Part shown: positions 7,783-15,403 of the stretch, piece by piece
Layout: every line of letters starts with the position of its first letter
How positions within the stretch are numbered: the stretch's first letter is position 1
DNA from: a phage
Reading direction: 5' to 3' (one strand)
Assembly: GCA_014436445.1 (NCBI GenBank)
Contig: GCA_014436445.1_4089.1
Length of the DNA: 26,673 nt
Notes under the pieces: model-generated
Database searches by the model: none
What the model was told of the DNA's origin: nothing
Seen by the model: only the letters and a program-made list of their open reading frames with translations
Program-made: the position numbers and the translations under genes

Positions 7783-7871
7783 TGTATTACTCCTGATTGT
7801 GTTAGTACTTCTACGATGGCATGAATGATCATAAGTACAGCTAACACAACAATCATCGGATTCATTTGCAT
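7779..7871 (-). CDS. 30-aa hydrophobic peptide (MQMNPMIVVLAVLMIIHAIVEVLTQSGVIQ), predicted single-pass membrane peptide
   Basis: Not in the track. AAGGAG Shine-Dalgarno 8 nt before the ATG; about 20 consecutive hydrophobic residues; its stop overlaps the next start (ATGA). Confidence 0.4.
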   Translation of the reverse strand: MQMNPMIVVLAVLMIIHAIVEVLTQSGVIQ

Positions 7872-7888
7872 AAGCTGTACTCCTTCTA

Positions 7889-8101
7889 TTAATCTTTCAG
7901 CCAATGATCTTGAATGAATTTTTCACAGAATCCCTGTTTCATAGATTCTAACAGGCGTTCACGGTGAGCGGCGGCATATTGCTCAGTACTATGCGTTACG
8001 CCAGGTTGATAACGTGAAACACCGTCTGGTCCGATATATTGAACATCCCACGGTTTTTCGTTAGTATCAGACCATTTACGAACGATTAGTTGACCTTGCA
8101 T
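7889..8101 (-). CDS. hypothetical small protein (70 aa), first gene of a four-gene micro-operon
   Basis: Track ORF; AAGAGGAAAG Shine-Dalgarno; leader hairpin GGGGAGAATCATTTCTCCCC and promoter at 8110-8180. Confidence 0.6.
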   Translation of the reverse strand: MQGQLIVRKWSDTNEKPWDVQYIGPDGVSRYQPGVTHSTEQYAAAHRERLLESMKQGFCEKFIQDHWLKD

Positions 8102-8186
8102 GTTTCTTTCCTCTTAGTGGGGAGAATCATTTCTCCCCTTCATGTAAACTATTATACAGTACTACGATGCTTTGTCAAATACTTTT

Positions 8187-8375
8187 TTAAAGTTTATGAA
8201 TCAATTCTTTATCTAAGCGATAGCGAACATTATTGATTGTAACTGCATTGTTTTTAATGCTACGCTGTACAGGTCCACCAGCAATAACAAACGTTGCCTT
8301 ATTGCCCCGAACGATGATAGCACTTCCAGGATTACCAAAATCATCTTGTACTAAAATACTTGATAAGTTTTGCAT
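8187..8375 (-). CDS. hypothetical small protein (62 aa)
   Basis: Track ORF; leader hairpin and promoter at 8390-8450. Confidence 0.55.
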   Translation of the reverse strand: MQNLSSILVQDDFGNPGSAIIVRGNKATFVIAGGPVQRSIKNNAVTINNVRYRLDKELIHKL

Positions 8376-8454
8376 TTGTCTTTCCTTGTAGTGGGGAGAA
8401 CTATTCTCCCCTTCATGTAAACTATTATACAGTACTTAAAACTAAATGCAAGTA

Positions 8455-8811
8455 CTAGGATAAAATCATTATAGGATATTCACAGTTAATCAGTACTTCA
8501 AAACCAAAACTTTCATACCATTCTTTAAGATTAAACTCGTTATCTTCTCCCGTATCGCATTCTAAGATGATACAATCTGAATCATCGGCGGCATCAATAA
8601 AGGCATTCATTAATTCAGTACCTTCACCGTTACCGCGATTATCGGGATCAACATAAAGAGAATCAATAAACGCTACACGATCATAATCAAGATCCGGTGC
8701 AACAATGCCACGTTTAACAAACCAGTACTGCAATTGTGCTACTTTGCCTTGTACTTGATAGCCAGTGATCTCACCATTGTCTGTAGTACGCGTGATATGT
8801 TGTATACCCAT
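8455..8811 (-). CDS. small protein with a GNAT acetyltransferase-like motif (118 aa)
   Basis: The segment LYVDPDNRGNGEGTELMNAF resembles GNAT motif A (the acetyl-CoA-binding R/Q-x-x-G-x-G/A loop), but the protein is shorter than a typical GNAT. GAGGA Shine-Dalgarno; TTGACA/TATAAT promoter at 8835-8870. Confidence 0.5.
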   Translation of the reverse strand: MGIQHITRTTDNGEITGYQVQGKVAQLQYWFVKRGIVAPDLDYDRVAFIDSLYVDPDNRGNGEGTELMNAFIDAADDSDCIILECDTGEDNEFNLKEWYESFGFEVLINCEYPIMILS

Positions 8812-8874
8812 GATTTCAATCCTCAGTTAAGATATAAAATATTATACACTAACTAACAGCACTGTCAATACTTT

Positions 8875-9132
8875 TTATCTCATAGATCTATGCCAACAAT
8901 TACGGGGATTGCGTTTGAATATGCTATCATGATCAGCCTGGCAAGTGATGCAGTACTTACACCCCTTAACGGCCAGGCGGCGATTCTCAGGGATTTTATC
9001 GCCGCAGTCGAGGCAATGTATCAGTGATTCTATTTGTGCGTTAATTTGCGTTCTAGCGTGGTTTACAGCGGCCTGAATCACTGCGTTAATCTCGTCTTGC
9101 TCGGCCCCGTCCTTCGCGAATCCAACAGCCAT
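8875..9132 (-). CDS. TraR/DksA-family C4 zinc-finger protein (85 aa)
   Basis: CLDCGDKIPENRRLAVKGCKYCITCQ matches the TraR/DksA C-x2-C-x17-C-x2-C zinc finger with the conserved IPE.RR core. GAGGT Shine-Dalgarno. Confidence 0.75.
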   Translation of the reverse strand: MAVGFAKDGAEQDEINAVIQAAVNHARTQINAQIESLIHCLDCGDKIPENRRLAVKGCKYCITCQADHDSIFKRNPRNCWHRSMR

Positions 9133-9295
9133 TATTTTAACCTCATTATAAAAATACTATAGTACTGTAATGCTACAATAATACTACTAGTACTGATTTT
9201 ATTCAAACCGTATGATACTACATATTCCCCAGCATTACCACGAATGGTAACGCCTTTGTACTTTCTATATAATTTCAACTACGTTTATTGCCTTT

Positions 9296-9366
9296 GATCA
9301 AGATTTGATCAGAATTATACGCCTTATGCTAAATTGATCCAGTACTTTTTTGATCATTTATTGATC
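9296..9366. repeat. cluster of five TTGATC(A) repeats (five GATC sites in 71 bp)
   Basis: GATC at 9296, 9307, 9336, 9352 and 9363, each within a TTGATC heptamer context; roughly 20-fold denser than expected at this base composition. Confidence 0.6.
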
Positions 9367-9461
9367 GATATTATATAGTTACATTTGTGCACCCTATGGG
9401 TTAGTGACGTTCTCGTCTTGATGTAAGTATTATGCTAGTACTGGCATAATTTGTCAATAGA

Positions 9462-9659
9462 TTATTTTAACTTTTTTCTGTCATTGATTAATGCTTTCAG
9501 TACTATACTAATGATTTGCAATGATTCATCAATGACTATAAAATTATTTTCTTTCATTAGATGATAGTTACCATTGATTGTATATTCTAAGGAGTACTGT
9601 TTACGTTTAATTTTTGATAATGTTTCTATTTGTTTTTGTACTGATTTCATGCTAATCAT
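9462..9659 (-). CDS. hypothetical small lysine-rich protein (65 aa), weakly supported
   Basis: Track ORF with no convincing Shine-Dalgarno or promoter; very AT-rich. Confidence 0.3.
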   Translation of the reverse strand: MISMKSVQKQIETLSKIKRKQYSLEYTINGNYHLMKENNFIVIDESLQIISIVLKALINDRKKLK

Positions 9660-9764
9660 TGTTAAACGTCCTGTAACGCATTCTAACGAGTTAAACGGTT
9701 TAGTACTGGCATTGTATAGGGTAAATGATTATAGCCCACCAGCGTTAACCAGTGGGCTATAATC

Positions 9765-9908
9765 TTACATCTTGCGGATAATCTTAACAGTATCTTTCAC
9801 CGATTTACCGTCTTGCTGGCATTGCTCGATCATCGCGTATTGTTCTGCGGTCAGATCCTCGCCAGTTTTTGCCAGTACTGCGTCGATGAATGAATCCAGT
9901 GCGATCAT
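9765..9908 (-). CDS. hypothetical small protein (47 aa; MIALDSFIDAVLAKTGEDLTAEQYAMIEQCQQDGKSVKDTVKIIRKM)
   Basis: Not in the track. Promoter TTGACA, 16 nt, TATAAT at about 9940-9985; stop followed by hairpin AGCCCAC...GTGGGCT at 9731-9758. Confidence 0.4.
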   Translation of the reverse strand: MIALDSFIDAVLAKTGEDLTAEQYAMIEQCQQDGKSVKDTVKIIRKM

Positions 9909-10007
9909 TTTATTTCTCTCTTAGGTTAAGTTAACTACTGTTGATAAAAGTTATTATACAGTACTATCAAACATTGTCAATAGATTTAATAGTACTGGTA
10001 ATATATT

Positions 10008-10187
10008 TTAGCGGTAATCGTCGTATGCTTTATTAACCTGGCGAATGTAACTTTCAAAGGCTTCGTCTACCGTTTCATACTCCCGAACATAATCACCATA
10101 GGAAACTACATACATCCCTTTTTGATCTTCAAACGTCATGATGATAGAATCCAGGCCGATGATTTCAGTTTTTGCGATAATAGCCAT
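10008..10187 (-). CDS. hypothetical small protein (59 aa)
   Basis: Track ORF 10008..10259 trimmed to the ATG at 10187 (AAGGAA Shine-Dalgarno); the extension would cover the promoter (TTGACA, 17 nt, CATAAT) and leader. Confidence 0.5.
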   Translation of the reverse strand: MAIIAKTEIIGLDSIIMTFEDQKGMYVVSYGDYVREYETVDEAFESYIRQVNKAYDDYR

Positions 10188-10278
10188 TTTAGTATTCCTT
10201 AAATTAATATGCGTTGTCTTGATAAAAGTTATTATGCCAGTACTATCAAACGTTGTCAATAGTACTGTGATAATATTT

Positions 10279-10491
10279 TTAGTTAATGATAGTCAGTGTA
10301 AAATTGTAATCCCCTGCCTGGTATAGTACTTTATCGCCGAACGTGCCAACACGTTTCATATTGCAATAGATACCCATAACATTTTTTACATCTTTGATAT
10401 TCCGAACGCCAGTGATATCCTTGTTGAAATTTTCATGATCAGAAAATAAAACTTGTTTTGCATTTTTCAGTACAGTGCGGATATTAGCCAT
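10279..10491 (-). CDS. hypothetical small protein (70 aa)
   Basis: Track ORF; leader hairpin GGGGAGAACTATTCTCCCC and TTGACA/TATAAT promoter at 10511-10575. Confidence 0.6.
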   Translation of the reverse strand: MANIRTVLKNAKQVLFSDHENFNKDITGVRNIKDVKNVMGIYCNMKRVGTFGDKVLYQAGDYNFTLTIIN

Positions 10492-10586
10492 TTTGTTTTC
10501 TCTCTCTGTTAGTGGGGAGAACTATTCTCCCCTTGATGTAAACTATTATACAGTACTAAAAACTATTGTCAAACTATTTTTTAATA

Positions 10587-10928
10587 TTATTCGAAATCTT
10601 CTGGACCGGACTGATAATCATCTTCACCGTATGCACTTTCTAACTTCTCGCCAGTATGATCATCAGTTAGTGAGTCATCCTCATAGTTCACGTCTACGCC
10701 CGTGATGTAAAACTGGCTATCGTCTGGATCATTGAAATTAATTTTCTGAATGTTTACAATAACTGTATTGATACCCAGGACACAGCCATCAGCCGTTACA
10801 AAGTACTGATATTTTTCACATCCACCACTATTGAAACCGTAATTGATTTCGGCCCGACCATCATTTAAACGCAGTGCCTGAGCGATGATTTCGTTTTCAA
10901 AGTTAGATTGAGCAATTGCAATAGTCAT
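10587..10928 (-). CDS. hypothetical protein with a strongly acidic C-terminal tail (113 aa)
   Basis: Track ORF; C-terminal ~40 residues are rich in D/E (YEDDSLTDDHTGEKLESAYGEDDYQSGPEDFE); leader hairpin and promoter at 10947-11010. Confidence 0.6.
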   Translation of the reverse strand: MTIAIAQSNFENEIIAQALRLNDGRAEINYGFNSGGCEKYQYFVTADGCVLGINTVIVNIQKINFNDPDDSQFYITGVDVNYEDDSLTDDHTGEKLESAYGEDDYQSGPEDFE

Positions 10929-11157
10929 GATTCGTTTCCTTATTACCAGGGGAAACCGTTTCCCCTTGCGATGTAAAACATTATACGCCTATTGAGATAG
11001 TATGCAAGTACTTTTTATCAAATACTTTAAAATAGTTTTCTGTACTCAATCATTATACAATAGATACACTCCTGCACCCTGTGGGCTAGTGAGCTATCTC
11101 TCAATGAATATATAATAGCAAAATGGCTGACCGAAGTCAACCACTTTTTCATTTATT

Positions 11158-11286
11158 TTTAGCTTTCAGAATCGCCGCCTTTCGCGTCATGCCTTGCTTG
11201 ATGTACTCCTTTACTTTCGCTTTACGTGCTTTCGCTTTATCTGCTTTCGTTTTAGGAGTACTGTAAATTAAACCGTTAGGATTCAT
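11158..11286 (-). CDS. hypothetical very basic small protein (42 aa; MNPNGLIYSTPKTKADKAKARKAKVKEYIKQGMTRKAAILKA)
   Basis: Not in the track. GGTGA Shine-Dalgarno; lysine- and arginine-rich; followed by the terminator repeat at 11120-11148. Confidence 0.35.
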
Positions 11287-11376
11287 TTAAATCACCATAA
11301 AGAATAGATAGGTTACTAACAATGCCGCGATCAATGCACCGACCAGGGCCGAACTGTAATAAGCTAATGATTTCAT
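11287..11376 (-). CDS. 29-aa hydrophobic peptide (MKSLAYYSSALVGALIAALLVTYLFFMVI), predicted membrane peptide
   Basis: Not in the track. ATGA overlap with the upstream gene; continuous hydrophobic stretch; stop abuts the next ATG. Confidence 0.4.
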   Translation of the reverse strand: MKSLAYYSSALVGALIAALLVTYLFFMVI

Positions 11377-11525
11377 TTTTTAGCCTGAAAGTAATGTTTA
11401 ATTTGTGCGGCGGTCAGTGCACAATTACGCAGGAAGTTTTCTGTATAACTCCTACGAGTACTGAAAGAAAATTGACCTTTGCCGTTGCCGATAGTAACAT
11501 CAAACCGAGCGTTGTATTGTTTCAT
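11373..11525 (-). CDS. hypothetical small protein (50 aa)
   Basis: Track ORF 11373..11555 trimmed to the ATG at 11525 (AGGAG Shine-Dalgarno) downstream of the leader hairpin at 11543-11565. Confidence 0.5.
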   Translation of the reverse strand: MKQYNARFDVTIGNGKGQFSFSTRRSYTENFLRNCALTAAQIKHYFQAKK

Positions 11526-11608
11526 TTTGATTCTCCTAGTATCGGGGAGAACCATTCCCCCCCCCTCTATGTAAACAATTATACAGTACTGAAAACTAAT
11601 TGCAAGTA

Positions 11609-11851
11609 TTATTTTAAACTTTGTGCGACTAATTTCGCACGGTCAATCATATACTGCCATTTTTGGATCTCTTCTGGCAGAAAACGATATTCACCAATCA
11701 CAATAGTGATACACTTTTCAGCCTGGTCAATGTATGTAGTATCAATCTCAACCTGAACGGGTACACGTTCGCCGTATTCAGTACCAGGGACAATGCAATC
11801 ATTATCATAAGTAACCGTAAGTGCGGTATCTTTAATTAAAATAGTTTCCAT
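11609..11851 (-). CDS. hypothetical protein (80 aa)
   Basis: Track ORF 11609..11902 trimmed to the ATG at 11851 (GAGGAAAG Shine-Dalgarno); leader hairpin GCGGGAACTATTCCCGC at 11870-11888. Confidence 0.55.
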   Translation of the reverse strand: METILIKDTALTVTYDNDCIVPGTEYGERVPVQVEIDTTYIDQAEKCITIVIGEYRFLPEEIQKWQYMIDRAKLVAQSLK

Positions 11852-11919
11852 TATTCTTTCCTCGTTATAGGCGGGAACTATTCCCGCTCTCGATGTAAAC
11901 AATTATACAGTACTAAAAA

Positions 11920-12129
11920 CTAATTGCAAGTATTATTTTCTAAAAAATGTTTGTATGCTTCATCAACCACTCTTTCGATAACATACGCTAACGGCACGTA
12001 TCCAACTACATGACTACAATAAAAAGGACTACGATTAGAATCATCGTATGCAAATACTTTTTCAGGATCTGCATCAATCACATACATATTAACCTTTAAG
12101 ATGTCGATCTTATCCTGTACAGTAAGCAT
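11920..12129 (-). CDS. hypothetical small protein (69 aa)
   Basis: Track ORF 11920..12207 trimmed to the ATG at 12129, one nucleotide after the stop of 12131..12301 (coupled). Confidence 0.45.
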   Translation of the reverse strand: MLTVQDKIDILKVNMYVIDADPEKVFAYDDSNRSPFYCSHVVGYVPLAYVIERVVDEAYKHFLENNTCN

Positions 12130-12130
12130 A

Positions 12131-12301
12131 TTACGCCGCCTTATCAGTACTGGCAACCGGACGGATACGGGCCATTTCCTGGGCTTGTTCCACACTGTAA
12201 CGCTCATAAAGGCGGCATTCTTCCGGTGTTAGCATTGCATCAATACGTTTCATTGGTTTAATGATGCTTTCAACTTCATTTAGTACTTGATTAACATTCA
12301 T
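12131..12301 (-). CDS. hypothetical small protein (56 aa)
   Basis: Track ORF 12131..12334 trimmed to the ATG at 12301 (GAGGA Shine-Dalgarno). Confidence 0.45.
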   Translation of the reverse strand: MNVNQVLNEVESIIKPMKRIDAMLTPEECRLYERYSVEQAQEMARIRPVASTDKAA

Positions 12302-12352
12302 AGTATTATCCTCAAAATTAGCGGCCCAAATCAACCGCTAACGTTGTTTTGA

Positions 12353-12622
12353 TTAATAGGTGTATGGTTGACGCTCAAACAATGATTGCACGTTGTACGC
12401 CCCGCTAATGGGCTTCGCTGGTAAATCAATTTTATATTGTTCACGCTTAAAGATAATAAAACGGCAATTGTTTTTAACATCAAAATTGATTGAACGTTCC
12501 AGGAGTTTACCATCGTGCACAAATACAAGATAACCGCTCGCTACTTGTTTTGTAGTACTGGTTGCAACCATAGACCGCCGAACATGTGTACCTGCATCGA
12601 TTAAAGTACTGATATTTTTCAT
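12353..12622 (-). CDS. hypothetical protein (89 aa)
   Basis: Track ORF; AAGAGGAA Shine-Dalgarno. Confidence 0.55.
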   Translation of the reverse strand: MKNISTLIDAGTHVRRSMVATSTTKQVASGYLVFVHDGKLLERSINFDVKNNCRFIIFKREQYKIDLPAKPISGAYNVQSLFERQPYTY

Positions 12623-12702
12623 TATACGTTCCTCTTAAGTTAATTTAATTTCTTTCCCCTATGCAGACACTATATCAAAGTATCTGCATAAAGTAAAGCT
12701 AA

Positions 12703-13047
12703 TTAAAGATCTTTTTTGCGTTTAACATCACTAACAGAACTATAAACAGTGATATTATTATCACGGCAAAAACGGGAAAGATAAGAACCGCGTAAAAACT
12801 CTTTACCTTCCATATTAATAACCTTGCTAAATTCTTCCATTGCTACAGTGTCAAAATGATCCCCGTATCCATATTGGAACGGCACGTTTACTACTTCAAT
12901 AAAATTACCATCAATTTCTACGTCTACACTTAAAGAGAAATAAGTGTTACCATATGAAGCCTGGAACCAACGCCGAGCGGCAATATGTACAACTTCAACA
13001 GAAGACAGGTTGATATTTTGTGCTGAGATAGTGTTGATGTTAGCCAT
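12703..13047 (-). CDS. hypothetical protein (114 aa), paralog of 6326..6649
   Basis: Track ORF; family motifs as for 6326..6649; promoter of the TTGACA, 17 nt, CATAAT class inside the 13042-13138 repeat. Confidence 0.6.
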   Translation of the reverse strand: MANINTISAQNINLSSVEVVHIAARRWFQASYGNTYFSLSVDVEIDGNFIEVVNVPFQYGYGDHFDTVAMEEFSKVINMEGKEFLRGSYLSRFCRDNNITVYSSVSDVKRKKDL

Positions 13048-13138
13048 TTTTTGTTTCCTCTTAGTTGTCTTGATAAAATCTATTATGCCAGTACTATCAA
13101 ACTATGTCAATAGTACTGTGATAATAATTTTACTTACT
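13042..13138. repeat. ~96-bp direct repeat, copy A (copy B at 13337-13432)
   Basis: Near-identical promoter, leader and first-codon cassette (CCATTTTTTGTTTCCTCTTAGTTGTCTTGATAAAATCTATTATGCCAGTACTATCAA...) flanking gene 13130..13342; the copies differ only at about 2-3 positions. Confidence 0.7.
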
Positions 13139-13342
13139 TTGCTTTGATGCTTTATGTTGTGCAACTGCCATCACTACATCAGCACGAACAAAGTTAGCAA
13201 CCGTATCAGTATAATATTTGATTGCATCGTCAATATCTGCGAACATCCGATACATTCCGCACCATGATACTTTATAACCCGCTTTCACTTGTTCCAGTTT
13301 AACCAGTGAATTGTTTACTTTGATTTTTGTAATGATAGCCAT
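13130..13342 (-). CDS. hypothetical small protein (70 aa)
   Basis: Track ORF; Shine-Dalgarno and promoter lie within repeat copy B. Confidence 0.55.
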   Translation of the reverse strand: MAIITKIKVNNSLVKLEQVKAGYKVSWCGMYRMFADIDDAIKYYTDTVANFVRADVVMAVAQHKASKQSK

Positions 13343-13423
13343 TTTTGTTTCCTCTTAGTTGTCTTGATAAAATCTATTATGCCAGTACTATCAATCTATG
13401 TCAATAGTACTGTGATAATAATT

Positions 13424-13567
13424 TTACTTACTTTTTGCTTTCTTTATTGCTTCCACCTGGTCGGCCCACTCTTTACCCCATACTTGAGCGTTATAGTGAT
13501 ACTGACAAAGAGCAACGCCCCGTTTCAAACCAGTGATAGATTTTTTACCACATTGACAAGTTTTCAT
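13424..13567 (-). CDS. hypothetical small Cys/His-containing protein (47 aa; MKTCQCGKKSITGLKRGVALCQYHYNAQVWGKEWADQVEAIKKAKSK)
   Basis: Not in the track. GAGGA Shine-Dalgarno; leader hairpin and TTGCAA/TATAAT promoter at 13585-13650; CxC...CxxH could bind a metal. Confidence 0.4.
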   Translation of the reverse strand: MKTCQCGKKSITGLKRGVALCQYHYNAQVWGKEWADQVEAIKKAKSK

Positions 13568-13652
13568 ATTAGTTTCCTCATTATCAGGGAGAACCATTTC
13601 TCCCCTTGATGTAATGTATTATACTTTATCTGATTTACTTTGCAAGTACTTT

Positions 13653-13880
13653 TTAGTTTAATTCATCCAGGCATAAGATACGATCTACGCCGAGATCCGT
13701 TAAGCTAATGGTTGGCACTTGATAGGTTTCAATGTATTCTACACTAGCCCACTGACCGAACTCATTCACCGCCCAGGTATTCATTGCAAAATGTAATTCC
13801 GCACCTTTATTATTAGTAATTACAGCAACAGTAGAAGAATTGCCAGTAGTACCAGATACGCGAGTGATTACGATAGCCAT
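13653..13880 (-). CDS. hypothetical protein (75 aa)
   Basis: Track ORF; promoter TTGACAATAGTTTTAAGTACTG..TATAAT at 13905-13950. Confidence 0.55.
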   Translation of the reverse strand: MAIVITRVSGTTGNSSTVAVITNNKGAELHFAMNTWAVNEFGQWASVEYIETYQVPTISLTDLGVDRILCLDELN

Positions 13881-13950
13881 TGTTTTGATTCCTATTCAGT
13901 AGTTGATGTATGTATTATGTCAGTACTTAAAACTATTGTCAAACTATTTT

Positions 13951-14103
13951 TTAAAGTTTATCAATGATTGATGCCGTTTCATTGATAGTCTTGCCGTGTT
14001 TTGCACACGCAATAACTGCTTTAAATTCCTTTGATGACCAATCTTTCTTGCTGCATACTGACATTACTTGTAACGTGAAACAATCCAGTTCATAAGTATT
14101 CAT
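13951..14103 (-). CDS. hypothetical small protein (50 aa)
   Basis: Not in the track. GAGGA Shine-Dalgarno; TTGCAC/TATAAT promoter at 14140-14190. Confidence 0.4.
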   Translation of the reverse strand: MNTYELDCFTLQVMSVCSKKDWSSKEFKAVIACAKHGKTINETASIIDKL

Positions 14104-14330
14104 CTTTATATCCTCAGTTAGTTAAGGTGTTTCGCCTTGATGTAAAACATTATACGCTAATCTCTGAATCGTGCAAGTACTTTTTATTACTTTTTGCAAA
14201 ATACTTTAAACGCTCTAAATCGCATTCTAACGACCTTAACTCCACCAGCTAGGGCGATGCATCAGATAATCAGTTTAATGCGTTAGAATCGATTCTATGA
14301 GGTGCTGACGGCATGGAATACTATAGACAC

Positions 14331-14355
14331 AAAAAAGCCCACTGTATAAGTGGGC
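14331..14355 (-). terminator. intrinsic terminator
   Basis: GCCCACTTATACAGTGGGC stem followed by TTTTTT on the minus strand, directly after the stop of 14378..14860. Confidence 0.6.
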
Positions 14356-14377
14356 TAGTGATTCAGTACTTTAATTG

Positions 14378-14860
14378 TTATGCTTCAACTTTGCGGTGAG
14401 CTTCGATCCATTCCTCGCGAGTCATACCGCTTTCTTTGATTGCATCCAGTACTACCGCAATGCAGTTACCGCGTACAGGAATCAAATGTTCTTCCCCGTT
14501 ATCAAGGACAACCGTAACACGTTCTTGAATCCATTTTTTAGGCTTAGATTCCGGCTTATCTTCACCGTACTTAACCGCCAGGGCTTTATGTGCCATTTCA
14601 ATCACCACTTCCAGATCTAAACCAGACACCGCCGCCTGAATACTTTCTATTGTTGCTTGCAGTTCTGCTTCACGGGCTTTTTTCTGTTCTTCCAGTTCTG
14701 CTACCTTTTTGGCTTGTAGTTCTTTCGCTTCACTGTAAGCAATGTTAAAATTGTTGCGTACTGCTTTCATGGTATCATTATCCAGGTCAGCCAGCAATTC
14801 AGCAGCAATAACAGTATCGTTAGAAATCAGTGCTTTCAGAAATGATTTTACATTAGCCAT
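14378..14860 (-). CDS. hypothetical protein with a central coiled-coil-like segment (160 aa)
   Basis: Track ORF trimmed to the ATG at 14860 (GAGGA Shine-Dalgarno); the central KELQAKKVAELEEQKKAREAELQATIESIQ segment is heptad-like; promoter TTGACA, 16 nt, TAGAAT at about 14965-15000. Confidence 0.6.
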   Translation of the reverse strand: MANVKSFLKALISNDTVIAAELLADLDNDTMKAVRNNFNIAYSEAKELQAKKVAELEEQKKAREAELQATIESIQAAVSGLDLEVVIEMAHKALAVKYGEDKPESKPKKWIQERVTVVLDNGEEHLIPVRGNCIAVVLDAIKESGMTREEWIEAHRKVEA

Positions 14861-15055
14861 TTTATAAATCCTCAATTAAAGTTTAAGTTAGTGTATCAAA
14901 GTTTTATTGACGTGTCCAGTTTTTCATTCGACTTACTGGCGGTCTACTTAGTGTTCCCCGTCTTGATGTAATACATTCTACGCTTTTCCCTGGTAATGTC
15001 AACTACTTTTTTAAAACTATTTTCAAAGTATACCAGTACTACAATACTACAAAAA

Positions 15056-15082
15056 CAAAAAAGCCCACTGCTTATAGTGGGC
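15056..15082 (-). terminator. intrinsic terminator
   Basis: GCCCACTATAAGCAGTGGGC stem followed by a T-run on the minus strand after the stop of 15104..15403. Confidence 0.6.
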
Positions 15083-15103
15083 TAGTGATTCAGTACTGAT
15101 GTA

Positions 15104-15403
15104 TTATAGACAGTTAATTACACCTGTGTGCGTTACTTTCTCCGTATCCATTACAGTGACAGAACCACGTTTAGCACTGGCATCATAATAAATTGTTGTG
15201 CTACCTTTATCATCTTCTTCATGGAACGGGCCATTTTTAAATGCTTCCGGCTGCAATTCCAGATCCTTTAAAACAATCTCGCCAGTACTTTCATCTGTCA
15301 TTGCTACGGTGCACTGAATGAATTTATCACCAGGTACATCTAACGACGCATTAACAGCGAAAGAGGAAACAGATAAAGCCAGGGCGATGATTGCAACTTT
15401 CAT
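15104..15403 (-). CDS. small secreted or periplasmic protein with a Sec signal peptide (99 aa)
   Basis: N-terminus MKVAIIALALSVSSFAVNA-S has a basic n-region, hydrophobic core and AxA-like cleavage site; two Cys in the mature part; leader hairpin and promoter at 15420-15480. Confidence 0.6.
   Translation of the reverse strand: MKVAIIALALSVSSFAVNASLDVPGDKFIQCTVAMTDESTGEIVLKDLELQPEAFKNGPFHEEDDKGSTTIYYDASAKRGSVTVMDTEKVTHTGVINCL

Noticed and set aside
12331-12528. Minus-strand track ORF 12331..12528
   Set aside because: It overlaps 12353..12622 in another frame and has no Shine-Dalgarno; the overlapping ORF has an AAGAGGAA site and is the better model.
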